Shown: positions 25,132-38,596 of the stretch, one piece after another
Layout of the letters: each line of letters starts with the position of its first letter
How positions within the stretch are numbered: the stretch's first letter is position 1
From: the human T2T-CHM13v2.0 reference genome, Homo sapiens
Assembly: GCF_009914755.1 (NCBI RefSeq)
Contig: NC_060926.1
Reading direction: 5' to 3' (one strand)
DNA length: 64,000 bases
The notes under the pieces: generated by a model
Told to the model about the DNA's origin: nothing
Database searches by the model: none
What the model saw: the letters and a program-made list of their open reading frames with translations, nothing else
Made by a program: the position numbers and the translations under genes

Positions 25132-25428
25132 GGCCTGGTACGGTGGTTCACGCCTGTAATCCCAGCACTTTGGGAAGGTGAGGCGGGCAGATCACCTGAG
25201 GCTGGGAGTTGGAGACCAGCCTGACCAACATGGAGAAACCCCGTCTTTACTAAAAATGCAAAATTAGCTGTGCATGGTGGTGCATGCCTATAATCCCAGC
25301 TACTTGGGAGGCTGAGGCAGGAGAATTGCTTGAACCTGGGAGAGGCAGAGGTTGCGGTGAGCGGAGACCGCACCATTGCACTCCAGCCTGGGCAACAAGA
25401 GCGAAACTCAGTAAAAAAAAAAAAAAAA
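25132..25428 (+). mobile_element. AluSp-like
   Basis: 'CCTGACCAACATGGAGAAACCCC' and 'GGGCAACAAGAGCGAAACTC', followed by poly-A. Confidence 0.93.
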
Positions 25429-27310
25429 TCTCTTCTGGCCTCTCTTCATGGTGGTGACCCTGGGAACCTGCCCAGATTTGGGGCTGAGATACGCAGACTA
25501 TCTGGGGGCTCAGGTTTTGGGGATAGGCAGGTCAGAAATCCCTGTAGGTGCTGCTGGCTATTTCAGAATTCTGAGGGCTGTCTTCTGTGGGAGCCAGCCT
25601 GCTCCTGGGCCTTCTTAGCCTGTTACTTCCTAGGCTGTTACAGTGCTTGGGAAAACTGTCCGGCTTTGGCCTTGAGGCCATGCCTGGGTCTGGACTCTCC
25701 TGTGCACCAGGGTGGGGTGGGAGTGGGGATAAAGAGAATGACCTTTTAGAGCACAAACCTGAGCTCCTCCTCCCAGGTTAAACCTCTGCAGGTCCCCTGT
25801 GGGGTGGCTGAGCACAACTCCCTGTGCCTCCCAGCTTCTGCTGCAGTGATGCGGGCTTTCTACATCAAGGCGGGAGTTGCTTCTAGCATTGAAAGAAAAA
25901 CAAAACAAACAAGCAAAATGCCTCTTTAACCCTCCCTTTACAAGACTTTGCCTGTTGCTGCTCCTTTTACTGCAAAACTCAGAGAAGCAGCTCTCCTGCC
26001 ACTGTCTGGTCTTCCAGCCTCTACCCAGCCACTCCCTCAGGCAGCTCCACGTCCCCATGGAGCCTCTCTTGCCAAGGCCCCCTCGTGGCAGGGTGGTCAC
26101 TCTCTGGCCACTCTCCTCTCAGTGCTCTGCTGGCCTTCATGACCCCCCGGGCTGTCTCCTCTCCTGGCCTCTGTGTCCTCCTGGCCTGGGAGTATTGGGG
26201 GCTCAGGGCTGTGTCCGGCTCCTCTTCTCTCCCCCATCTCTAGGGTCTCCTTCCAAGCCCATGGTTTTGAGAGGCAAGGACACACTGAAACCACCAGAGT
26301 CTGTCTCTAGCCTGGAGCTGTCCCCTGAGCCCCAGAGCTGGCATCTAACTTGGATGTCTCCGGGCATCTCTGACATCACCTGCCCTCATCCGACCCTTCC
26401 CTATCCCCGCAGAGCACAGGCCGCCTTACAGCGGCCCAGGAGGGTTCTGGGAGCTGCTCTGGATGGACGTCTCTCTTTCTCTGTGTGTGCATCTGTCTCT
26501 GTATCTCTCTCTGTGTCTCCACCTCTGTCTCTGTCTTTTTCTCCCTCATACTTTATATCTGCATCCAACCCATCAGCAAATCCTAGTAGCCTCTTTGTTG
26601 GAATTGAGTCCAGAACTCCCTCCCTCCGCCTTCACTTCCACCATCTGATCTAAGCCACTACCACCACTCCCTTGGACTGCAGTGGAACCTAACGAGGCTG
26701 CTGCTTCCTCACTGCTCTGTGCAGGGACTTCTAATGCGTCTCTGACACTCTCTGGCACCTCTGCTCACATATCTGCCCACATGCCCCAGGCCTCTGTGAG
26801 GCAGGGACCATCTCTTGCTCACTGGCACCCAGCTCCTAGGTTGATGCACCCAGGGCAGGGGCACAGGTAATGCTTACTCCATGAGATGCTGCCGCACCCT
26901 TACTTCCAGATGGGCAGAAGAGCTGGCTGCCTCCCCCATGCCACTCTTCCTTGCTGCAAGAACCCCCATCCTGTTCAGGTATCAGGATCAGCAATGTCCT
27001 CAGGGAAGCTGGGTCCCCAGGCAGAAGGGGGCTTCATGATTGGTTCACCTCAATCAATAATCCTATTTCTCTCTGTCAGGAACCCCTGTAGTGGTGGGCG
27101 TGTCACTCATTTCTGATTGATGAGGCCTGAGGGGAAATTGGCTGGGGGCTTCTGGGAAAACATTCTGTACGTCCACAAAGAAATGGATTCTGCCCTGGAG
27201 GGGTACAGAACCAACCCTGGCAACAGCTTGATTTAGGTCCAGTGGGACCAGACCAGTTGACCTTTGTGTGGTTTTAAGCCACCGAAGTGGTGGTGATTCG
27301 TTGCAGCAGT

Positions 27311-28307
27311 GTACAGCAAAGGGTTAATTCTGCAGGGGTGAGTTGCCCAAACCCTGGCCTTTCCGGAAGTCTGCAGGGCTGGCCCTTTCCTGGCTCCTGA
27401 GGGGTAACTTCTGAGCCTGGGAATGTCTGCTTGAGAAGAGGGTCTTTGTATATCTTTGCAGATGTGAGGCTGCGGGCCACACAGAATCCCTGCTAACAGT
27501 GTGATTTGTGGTGATCTTAGCCTTCCAGGGCTTTCCAGGGCTGCCACAGCGGAGTGCTGCAGGCTGGGGCTTCAGCAGCAGAAACTCACTTTCTTACAGT
27601 TCTGGAGGCTGGAGGCCTAAGATAGAGGTGTGGGTAGGGTAGTTTCTCCTGAGGGCTCCCTCCTCGGCCTGGAGATGGCTGCCCTCTTGTTGTGTCCTCA
27701 CGTGGCCTTCCCTCCGTGTCTGTGTCCTCACCTCTTCGTTTTATAAGGACACAGCATACTGGATTAGGGCCTGCCCACATGGCCCATTTTACCTTCATCA
27801 CCTCTTTTAAGGCCCTGTCTCCACACAGAGTCCCGTTCTGAGACACTGGGGGTTAGGGCTTCAGCATAGGGATTTGGGAGATGGGTACAATTCAGCCCAC
27901 AATGATGACGAATGCCTGTTTTTGTTTGCCTGGGATCCTGAGCCATGCTGAAAATTGTTTGGCCTCTGGGGCTTGGGGACAGTAGCTGAGGTCAGTCATA
28001 GGGGCTCCCAGTGCCTATGTGACTGACCCCACTGAAGCCCTGGATGGGCACACTTCACACATGCAGTCACACATTGCAGCTGGGGAATCCAGCACTGCCC
28101 ACGTAATTCCATGGGGGGCGACACCCGCAGACTGGACCTGGCTGGCCTCTCCTGGACCCTGCCCTAAGCACCCTTTTCCTTTGCTGATCTACATCTCTAT
28201 CCTTTCACTGTAATACACCATAGCTGTGGGTGTTACCAGCTTTTCTGAGTTCTGTGAGTCCTTCTAGAAAGTCATGGACTGAAAGAGTTCATGGGGCCCC
28301 CCAATAC
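27311..28307 (+). mobile_element. MER21/MER77-like LTR interrupted by MLT1B
   Basis: 'AAAGGGTTAATTCTGCAGG...' and 'GCCTATGTGACTGACCCC...AGCTTTTCTGAGTTCTGTGAGTCCTTCTAG...CCCCCAATACA'. Confidence 0.6.
27525..27902 (-). mobile_element. MLT1B MaLR solo LTR
   Basis: 'ACAGTTCTGGAGGCTGGA...TGTGTCCTCACGTGG...TATAAGGACAC...GGATTAGGGCC...ACAATTCAGCCCAC'. Confidence 0.85.
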
Positions 28308-28584
28308 AGGCAGCAATGATAAATAAATGCATATAGCAAAGAAAGCCAAACCTATGGGACCCGGGCTGCCATGGGAACACTGGTCATGGATTAAAGTGCT
28401 ATGTTTCCCAGTGCATGTGGGCCTGTGCCTTCCCTGGCATGAGCAGAGGCGGCACTGAAGAAGGTATCTGGTGTCGCGACAGAGATGGTGGTGGTTTCCT
28501 GGCTGGTGGGAAGTGCTCTGCCACACTCCTGGGACCAGCTAATTCCTGCTCTGTTTTTCTTTTAAGGAAATATGTTCTTTAAAA

Positions 28585-29460
28585 AAAAAAACAAGCAACC
28601 CCATCAAAAAGTGGGCAAAGGATATGAACAGACACTTCTCAAAAGAAGACATTTATGCAGCCAACAGACACATGAAACAATGTTCATCAACACTGGTCAT
28701 CAGAGAAATGCAAATCAAAACCACTATGAGATACCATCTCACACCAGTTAGAATGGCAATCATTAAAAAGTCAGGAAACAACAGGTGCTGGAGAGGATGT
28801 GGAGAAACAGGAATGCTTTTACACTGTTGGTGGGAGTGCAAATTAGTTCAACCATTGTGGAAGACAGTGTAGTAATTCCTCAAGGATCTAGAACTAGAAA
28901 TACCATTTGACCCAGCAATCCCATTAGCGAGTATATATCCAAAGGATTAAAAATCATGCTACTATAAAGACACACACACACGTATGTTTATTGCGGCACT
29001 ATTCACAACAGCAAAGACTTGGAACCAACCCAAACGCCATCAGTGATAGACTGGATTAAGAAAATGTGGCACATACACACCATGGAATACTATGCAGCCA
29101 TAAAAAAGGATGAGTTCATGTCCTTTGCAGGGACGTGGATGAAGCTGGAAACCATCATCCTCAGCAAACTAACACAAGAATAGAAAACCAAACACCACAT
29201 GTTCTCACTCATAAGTGGGAGTTGAACAATGAGAACACTTGGACAAAGGGCGGGGAACATCACACACTGGGGTGTGTCAGGGCATGGGGGGCTGGGTGGA
29301 GGGATAGCATTAGGAGAAACACCTAATGTAAATGACGAGTTGATGGGTGCAGCAAACCAACATGGCACATGTATACCTACATATCAAACCTGCACGTTGT
29401 GCACATATACCCTAGAACTTAAAGTATAATAATAATAATAATAATAATGATAATAAAAGA
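28585..29460 (+). mobile_element. L1PA (PA7-like) 5'-truncated copy with TSD
   Basis: ORF2 C-terminal remnant ([18 protein letters not shown]...[16 protein letters not shown]), 3' UTR and (TAA)n tail. TSD AAATATGTTCTTTAAAA at 28568-28584 and 29461-29477. Confidence 0.95.
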
Positions 29461-30036
29461 AAATATGTTCTTTAAAAGCCTTAAAACCAACTCTGTGAGG
29501 AGGGCCCAGTGCCCCTGTTCCTGTGGAGCCTCAAAGCTCAGTGGGTGCTGGCATAATTATTGCCCAGGGTTGTCCTGCCTCATCGAGGGACTCTGGAATT
29601 GCCATCCTGCTGCCTGCTGCCTCTTAGCAGTTCCTGGAAGCAGTGGCTCCTCTCACTAATTTCTGGGTCAGACTTGGCCAGGGTGAACCACGTGTGAGCG
29701 GAGATGCTTCTTTGCGATGAGCTCATGTGCAGCAAAAGATGCCATGTGGGAGATGACCTGGTGCTGCTGCCCTGCTGCCCCTTGGCCTCGTGCCATTCCC
29801 AATATCCGGCCCTTCCTGCACCAGGCCTTTTCTACCCCGGCCTTTTCTTTCCTTCCTTGTCCTAATTGGTGTGTGTGGCCCCCTTTGCTCTGCTGCACCC
29901 GGGAACTGTGGCTTTGACTCATTCCTGATTGCAGGGGTCTGGGGCTTTCCAGGTATCACGCAAATGGGATATGAAAACAAGTCAAAGTGAACACCTACAA
30001 AGCAAAGGGATAACTGCAGAAGAAATGGGATAATGC

Positions 30037-30413
30037 TGATATGGTTTGGATCTGTGTCCCCACCCATATCTCATGTCAAATGGTAATCCCCAGTGTTGGG
30101 GGAGGGACCCGGTGAGAGGTGATTGGATCATGGGGGCAAATTTCCCCCTTACTGTTCTCATGATGGTGAGTGAGTTCTCACGAGATCTGGTTGTTTGAAA
30201 GTGAGTGGCACTTCTCCCTTCGCTCTCCTGTTCCACCGTGGTAAGACAATCTGGCTTCCCGTTTGCTTTCCATTATGATTATAAGTTTCCTGAGGCTCCC
30301 CAGCTGTATTTCCTGTACAGCCTGCAGAATTGTGAATCAATTAAACCTCTTTTCTTCGCAAATTACCCAATCTCAGGTAGTTCTTTATAGCAGTGTGAGA
30401 ATGGACTAATACA
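30037..30413 (+). mobile_element. MSTA-like MaLR solo LTR
   Basis: 'TGATATGGTTTGGATCTGTGTCCCCACCC...ATTAAACCTCTTTTCTT...GAGAATGGACTAATACA'. Confidence 0.9.
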
Positions 30414-30717
30414 ATCACTTTGCGGATACTGTATGTGGGCAAAGAGACAACAGGCAGGTGCTGGACCTCAAGAAGATTCTGGCCTTGTGAGCTGCAGCCA
30501 TGTGGGACACATGCATGGAGGGAGTGCACCATGCGAGGGGCTGGCTTGCTTCATCCCACTAATCACAAAGGCGGCAAGGGGGACAGTGCAGAGGGCCTCA
30601 GTGCTGAGTGAAGGCAGAGCCTACACCGATGGCTCTGAGGTAGATTTTGGCTAGGGTTCATTATCAGCCAGACAAGATCACCAATAGCAGCCTCCCTGCT
30701 AAGAGCTGCAGATACAA

Positions 30718-31136
<419 letters not shown>

Positions 31137-31980
31137 TCAGGGAGAGCACTCACCCTAGCATTAAGGGAAGGCTGGGGGACTGAGTGTCACTCTGTGAGCA
31201 CAGGGGAGTGGCCAAGCCCTGGCCACCCCTCCCTGCCTTGCCCAGCATGCACCGTCTACATGCTGCTCCCAGTGTGGCCACACTGGACTGACTCCCTGAA
31301 AGACGCTGGGCTGGGTGGTGCTCTGAGACTGGGGTGGGGAGACAAGCCTGTCAAATGTCAGGCATGTGAGAAGTGACGGCCCAAATTCAGAGAGGAAAGG
31401 CGGGGACAGTTTCAGATGGGGGCAGGAGCTGGTGAATGTCCCTTTCTATTGGAGCCTCCTTGCCTTGTTTTGCCAACTTGTATATTGTGGGGATTGGGTG
31501 GTGGGAGTGTGCTCATGGCTTCTTGGAGAGCCCTCGTTGCCAGGGTGGGAGCCCTCCAGCTGGGGGGAGTAACATTCTGGGAGTGTCCAGGGACTGTGCT
31601 GGGGCCCTTGCTTGAGTGGCCCAATTCAATTCCCGGAGGATCACTTGAGGGAGGTCCACAGGCTTATTTGAACAACCAGAGAGCTCAGACAGTTGCTGTG
31701 CTGCAGATGGTAGGAAGTGGAGTTGGGGTTCCAACCAGGACTCCAGAGCCTTCATTTGCACTGGTAATGCTGCCCGTGGAAACAGCTTTCCCCAGAAGTC
31801 AATGACACCCAGTGCCCACGGAGGGCGGGATCTGCGAGCACATTCCTGCAGGTCTGAGCGCTGCCTGCTCCTGACAGACCTACCCTGATGCTAGGGCCTG
31901 TGGCCAGGTTCTCCCTCCACAGTTAATGGGCATGGGGTCATGTGCAGTCTGTGTGGAGCTGAAGCTCCTGTCTGTGTGCC

Positions 31981-32404
31981 TGCTTTGGTTTGTATGTTTG
32001 TCCCCTCCAAACCTCGTGTTGACATTTGATCCCAATATTGGAGTTGGGACCTGATGGGAGGTGTTTGGTTCATGGAGGTGGATCCCTCATCAATAGATGA
32101 ATGTCCTCTCTCAGGGTTGGGGGCAAGTGAGTTCTTGCTCTATTGCCTTCCACTGAGAGCTGGTTGTTGAAAAGAATCTGGCACCTCCCATCTCTCTTGC
32201 TTCCTGTCTCACCATGTGATAACTGCACACACCTGTTCCCCTTCACCTTCTGCCAGGAGTGGAAGCAGCCCGAGGCCCTCCCCAAATGCAGATGCTCAAT
32301 CCCAAACTTGCCAACCATCAGAATCGTGAGCCAAATAAATATTTGTTCTTTATAAATTACTCTGGCTCAAGTATTCCTTTATAGCAACACAAAATGGACT
32401 TAGT
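31981..32404 (+). mobile_element. MSTC-like MaLR solo LTR
   Basis: 'TGCTTTGGTTTGTATGTTTGTCCCCTCCAAA...GTGAGCCAAATAAA...TATAGCAACACAAAATGGACT'. Confidence 0.85.
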
Positions 32405-32829
32405 GCCCCACCAAGTGCAACCCCCAATACCACAGCCCCCAACCCTCAGAATGTTCCAGACCCACAGGAAGACAGCTGTACACTTAAACCCCAGCAGCCT
32501 GGCTGAGCCCCCCAACTTCTTGGGTCCACTGCTCCCTGGGAGGCTGTGTCCCAGCATCCTTAATTTTGCTGTCTACCTGTGCTGGGACCTCTGTCTTTGC
32601 TGGATCCCAGCCTGATATCTGCTGCCCAAGGCCTCATTGTCCTGTACCATGGTCCTCCCTGGAGCCCATTCCTAGGCCTGGCTCTTGAGGGCAGTGAATC
32701 TGCTGGGTGTGGCCAGACTTCTCCCTTCAACTTCTCCCCCAGATTCTAACTTTGTGGAGGGAGCTGCAGGACCCACCTTACCTGACAGTACCCCGGGTGC
32801 ACAGGGCAGTCAGCAGGGCCAATGTGTGG

Positions 32830-33020
32830 CCACATGCATGTGCACACACACGGACACATGCACACACACAAATGCCCACATGATACACATACATATAACA
32901 CAACACACACACATACACACAAGAACACACATATATGCACACACATATGTGCACACACACAAGTGCACATGTGTGTACACAAGCACACACACATACAGAT
33001 AATATACATATGCACACACC
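32830..33020. repeat. (CA/TA)-rich low-complexity tract
   Basis: Degenerate CACACATA-type repeats. Confidence 0.85.
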
Positions 33021-33072
33021 AATTTTGTTTTTCTCTTAGGGGAAATATTCATCATTCAGCATTCTCTCTCTC

Positions 33073-33378
<306 letters not shown>

Positions 33379-34251
33379 TTTGTTTCAACCCCTCCAAATA
33401 AGACTAAATTTCAGACCCCTCGCCTCCCTGCTCTGGACACACCCCATCTTGTCACCATCAGCCTCGCAGGCTCTGTGGGCTCTGGGCTGTGTGGGAAGGC
33501 TGTGGCAGGGAGCGTGGGAGCATGTCCCGGCCAGGAGGGGTCAAGGTCGGAGGGAGTGGAAACTATAGCTGCTCCTAGGAACATGGGCTGGTGCTGTCCT
33601 CGGACGGAGGGATGGCCTGTGCCACTCTGTTCTCAGGGCCCCTCAGCTCTGCTGAGGAAACCCCTTCCAGCCGTGGTGGTCTGCCTGGAGGCGGCTGCGC
33701 TGACCAGAGGTCCTGGCAGATCCCGTCCTGGGCGCGGTGCTTTCCTCCTTCCCTGACTTCTGGTTCTCCGTAAGGGAATGGAGAAAGACCACTGAGCCTG
33801 GCAGGCCTGCGTGGCGCCACCATAGAAACACCTTCTCTACCCTCAGCAAGGAGGCAGGACCACCCCTCCAGTGGGGGAACTGAGGCCTGGGGCGGGCAGG
33901 ATGACACAGCCAGGATTTGAGTGGGGGTTGCTGCCCCTGACTGTCCCAGGGCTATTCCCATCTCCACACACCCTGCTGTTCTCTCTGGGTCCTGGAAGTG
34001 GGGGTGGGACCTGCTGCAGGGCTGAGTGCTTTCCCAGGGAGAGAGCTGCTTGCCTGGGGGAGCCGAGACTTGCCCCCTCCCCCTCAGTGCACTTGTTTAG
34101 ATACTGAGCAGCCCCTCCTTGTGGGGCAGGGGCCACAATGCCATGTCCACCTGGGCCTGACAGACTTCTCCCCCACCTCTGAGCTGCAGGGCACCGGCCT
34201 CGGGGGCTCTGGGCTCAGGTCCCCTTCCTTCCCCTGTCCTGGAGGGCACAG

Positions 34252-34914
34252 ACATGGCCCTGAATGTTTGTGTCTGCCCAAAATTAATGTGATGAAACCT
34301 AATCCCAGCTGGGCCCAGTGGTTCACGCCTGTAATCCCAGCACTTTAGGAGGCCAAGGCAGGTGGATCACTTGAGGTCAGAAGTTCGAGACCAGCCTGGC
34401 CAACATGGTGAAACCACATCTCTACTAAAAATACAAAAATCAGCTGGGTGTGGTGGTGGGCGCCTGTAATCCCAGCTACTTGGGGGTCTGAGGCAGGAAT
34501 GAACCTGGGAGGGGGAGTTTGCAGTGAGTCGAAATTGTGCCACTGCACTCCAGCCTGGGCAACAGAGCAAGACTGCATCTCAAAAATAAATAAATAAAAA
34601 AGAAACCTAATCCCACTGTGAGGGCATTAGGAGGCAGGGCCTTTGGGAAGTGATTGTGTCATGAGGGTGGTGCCTTTGGAATGAGATCAGTGCCCTTACA
34701 AAAGAGGTCCCAGAGAGACCCCTTCACCCCTTCTGCCATGTGAGGAAATGGCAAGATGACTGTCTGTGAACCAGGAAGTGGCCCTCACAGACTGGAATCC
34801 GCCAGTACCTGGGTCTCGAACTTCCAGCCTCTACAACCGTGAGAAAGGAATCTCTGTAGTTCACTGGCCTCCCCATCTGTGGCTTTCTGTTCTGGCAGCT
34901 TACATGGACTGGGA
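34252..34914 (+). mobile_element. MLT1A MaLR LTR interrupted by an Alu
   Basis: 'TGAATGTTTGTGTC...CCTAATCCC' resumes after the Alu as 'GGGCCTTTGGGAAGTGATT...AACTTCCAGCCTCTACAACCGTGAGAAA'. Confidence 0.8.
34308..34601 (+). mobile_element. AluS with a 14-bp TSD
   Basis: GAAACCTAATCCCA at 34294-34307 and 34602-34615. Confidence 0.95.
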
Positions 34915-35199
34915 CATGGCTGGCCTGCCCTACACATCCCAATCTTGGATTTGGGACCTGATGAGAGGAATTTTGATCATGGAGGTGGATCCATCTCCTC
35001 TCCCTGCCTCTCATCCTCTCTTCCTCAGAATGGCCCCTTTGGTCCACTCCTCTACCATCCCTGGGCACCTGGCCATGTGGCTGCAAGCAGGAGTCCCCAG
35101 AGTTCTGGCCCCTGGACACCTCTGGTCATCCCTCCCTGTTCTTTCTTAGCTGCAGTCCTTGCCTCTGAACCTGGGTCCATTATCTGCACTGCCCCCTCA

Positions 35200-36297
35200 C
35201 TGAGAAGCTCATGACCCCTAACAGCAATTCCTTACCCAGTATTAGGCCCTGGCCCTGTCCATGGTCTTTGAGTTTGTATGATCTACCTGTAGTCTGGACT
35301 GGATCCTGCATTCTTCTAGTTTCCTCCAATATCTGCCTATTACTCTCCAGATGACCATTTCCAATTTTCCTCATCCTTCTGGCTTGGAATTGCCATGGTT
35401 TTCCTGAAGCCCAGCAAGCTGAAGCCAGACTACTTGATAGAAGCTTCAGAGAAGCCACCTCAACAGCTCATGCATGGAAAACCTTTGTGACCTCCAAGCT
35501 GCAAACCAGGAAGAGCTGTCACTTGCCGCTGCCTGCTCCAGCTGAAGGGTCTTCAGGCCTAGCATCTAGAAATCTTCTTGACCGGCTGACTGCCTTCTGG
35601 ACTCAGAAAGTGAGTTTATGCTTGTTCCAAAAATTACTCTTTGTTTTTCTTTTATTTTCGTAGAAACTAAACTCCACTCATTACTACCAAGTCCCAGCAG
35701 ATGATTCATTTGTACTTAATAAACAAAAGGTGGCCCAACAAGAAAATGGACTTACGTTATGCAAAGGAAAGAAGAATGTCTTCTTTTCCCCTCAAATGAC
35801 AGAGGGGACTGAGAAAGATTCTCTGCTTGGTCAAATGTGAGTCTGGTCGAGCTCCTGAACTTCCTTCTAGGCCCATCTGTGCATGTCCTTGGTAAATTCC
35901 AGTTTCAGCAAGAACCTTGCTAGGTCAGGTTAGCAAGAAGACTTTACCCTCAATAACTCATCACCCTCCATATCTGATAGGGTTCCTTATCCTTCACCGT
36001 CCCCCAGGGGAGGTCTGACCATCCTGGCCTGTCTTCACCAGAAATCCTGTGGGGTTGGTTTAGCCTGAAGTCCCCTTACCCCTCATAGGTCCTCTTTGTT
36101 ATTTTCCATTGACTGGCCCCTACCCTACGCCTCGGTTATAAACTCCCTCTTGTCCACGCTGTGTTTGGAGTTGAGCCCAGCCTCTTTCCCCAGCTGCAAG
36201 CTCCCATTGCCATGGTGCCTGTACCTATCGCAGTGGTCATGAGTGAAGTCTTCCTCGCCATCCCTAACATGCATCACTGAATAATTTCTTGTTTATT
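35200..36297 (+). mobile_element. ERV1 MER31-like internal remnant plus 3' LTR (LTR from about 35810)
   Basis: Purine tract AGAGGGGAC directly precedes 'TGAGAAAGATTCTCTGCTTGGTCAAA...CTAGGCCCATCTGTGCA...TATAAACTCCC...GGAGTTGAGCCCA'. Confidence 0.65.
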
Positions 36298-36314
36298 GCC
36301 TCCATCAGTTGTGC

Positions 36315-36745
36315 CCTGGATTGTGTGGGCCAGGACCTCACACAGGACACTGTGGGGAGGGCCTGTCTCTGCTCTGTGGTGTCTGGGTCTCACTGGGAAG
36401 AGGTGAAGTCTAGGGCCGAAGCCATCAGAAGGCTGGTTGCTTGTGGGCCTGGTGGTTGATGCAAGCTGTCAGCCGGGAGCTCCTTAACCTCCGCTGGTGA
36501 CCTCTGTGTGTGACTTCTCCATGTGGTTGGCCTGGGTTCCTCACAGCATAGTGCTGATTTCAAGAGAGCCAGGCAGAAGTGGCGTTGTCCTCGTGACCTG
36601 GCCTGGAAGTCACACAATGCCACTTCCCTGCAGTCACAGACCTTCCCGGATTCAAGGTTAAGGAACACACCCTGCCTTCCTGTCGGAGGAGGGCCAAGTC
36701 ACACTGGGAGAAGGGACCTGGGATGGGAGAGATTGTGGTGCCATT
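36315..36745 (-). mobile_element. MLT1F/G-like MaLR LTR
   Basis: 'GGTTGATGCAAGCTGTCAGC...CTCCATGTGG...CCTCACAGCAT...GGAAGTCACACAATGCCACTTCC'. Confidence 0.65.
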
Positions 36746-38490
36746 AACAAAAATATGATCAGCCACAGTGCCCATGCATGAACCCATTCATTCAACAACG
36801 ATACCATCCAAGGTCCTGGTGGACACCAGACTCCTGCTAGCCACTGGGGACACAGACTCTGGGCCAGTAGTCTACTGGGCTGAGCATAAACAGGGTGGTG
36901 CAAGCCCTGGTGTGGGCAGGCTTCTTCTCCTCCCTTCCCCCACTCTCAAACCCCACCCATTCTAAAAAGCTTTGGTTGGAAGGCTATAGAATTCCTGAAA
37001 TGAGACGTAGCCAGAGGTTTTAGCATCCACCCTCTCCATTGGTTTGCCAGTCATTAGACCAGGGGACCTCCAAGGATAGGGCCGGGCGTCAACTTGTGCA
37101 GACTCACTGGCCTCTCCCACAGAGCAGGCGTGAGAAACCATGGAGGATGGGTGCCCTCTCTCTCTCTCTCCCTCTCCCTCCCTCTCTCATTCTCTCTCTC
37201 TCTGTCTCCCTCTCTCTCTCACTCATGCATTCTTTCTACACGCGTCCATCAGGCTCAGGCACTTACTTGCTCTGTGCCAGCTGCAGCGTAGGCCATGGAA
37301 GTAAAGAGTGAATGAGAACAGGTCCTGCCCTGACTGCAGCCTAGGGGTTGTGAGCCAGGTCCTCAGCTCGCTGAAGCCACCGTTCCCTTATGCCCTGCCC
37401 AGCTCTGTGCTGATCTGTCACCGAGCTCAGTGTGTCTTTGGGGGAGCAGAGTGGGCCAGGGGTCGGGGGAGGCACCTGGAAGTTGGGGGGCCCCTGTCCC
37501 TGGGGCTGGAGAGCCAGAACGAGCCTCTGCATCCCACCCCTTGGCTGTGGGCAGCCTCCTTGATCCCATCTGGCTGAGACACAATCACAGGGATGAGATA
37601 AGGCAGCGCCACTGCCCACCAGGCTTCCCGGCCACATGTGTACCTGGAACCCCTTTAGGAGTTCAGTGAAGCCTTTGTACCCTTCTCAGAATAATGGCTT
37701 TCGATGCATCCAATAAAGCCATTAGTAGTATGGAAGAAGCCAATTATAGAGAAATGCAGTCATCAAAACGTTTACAAGGCACATTTGGGTGTGAGTAGTG
37801 TATGGGTCTCTCCCTTAGCAGGGGCCATGGTGATGGGTCTGAGGGGGACTTTGCATCGTCTGGAGACCCATGATGGGAGTCAGCCTGCCTGTGATTTCGT
37901 CGGTCCTGCTGGTCCTAACGTGGCTTCTGCTCATCTCCATCATGGCAGGAACTGTTGAGGCCCTGCAGCCGCCCAGGCCCTTGGGTAGGGGATCCTCATT
38001 CTGCAAGCCCCTCACTTCACCCAAGCCTGGGCAGGAGAGGAGGCCTGAGCTGCTTCCTAGAGGCTGATTTTCCTTCTGCTCTGAGCAGACACTCCTCAGA
38101 TTACAGTGACATTTGGGGTTTGGGTTTCAGCCACATTTTCAAATTTTTCTCTTCATTTGCACAGAAACCTGAGCAGCCTCTGTGGTCTGATTGCATCATT
38201 CATCACTGTGGGTTCTGCGCCTGCATGCTCAGATGGGAAATCTCTGCTTTGTTTCTTTTTCTCTTTGGCTTTTTTGCTCTTTACCTCTGACTGAAGGTTA
38301 GACAAGTCCTTGCTCTGTGTCTATGCGGGCTCTCCCAAGGCACCAGCTCCCCTCCTTCCCACCCCATCCCGGGCACATCCAGCCCCTCCCTGTCCCTTTT
38401 CCCTGTTTCCAATCTCCTCAGTGCAGCCAGCAGTGGCTTAGTCAATTTGTATCCCCACTGTGGCCTGAGGTGGGGGGGGGTGCACACGCC

Positions 38491-38522
<32 letters not shown>

Positions 38523-38596
38523 GCACACCCACACCACACGCACACATACAGCACACCCACACCACACGCACACATACAGCACACCCACACCACACG
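38491..38596. repeat. (CA)n followed by a 28-bp unit x3
   Basis: CACACATACAGCACACCCACACCACACG at 38513, 38541 and 38569. Confidence 0.9.

Noticed and set aside
25877-26653. 258-aa ORF
   Set aside because: Non-ATG start, low-complexity Leu/Pro/Ser composition, overlap with L2-like and CT-repeat sequence, and no recognisable domain.
28624-28872. L1 ORF2 C-terminal peptide as a functional CDS
   Set aside because: The L1 is 5'-truncated with a premature stop, so this is a fossil.
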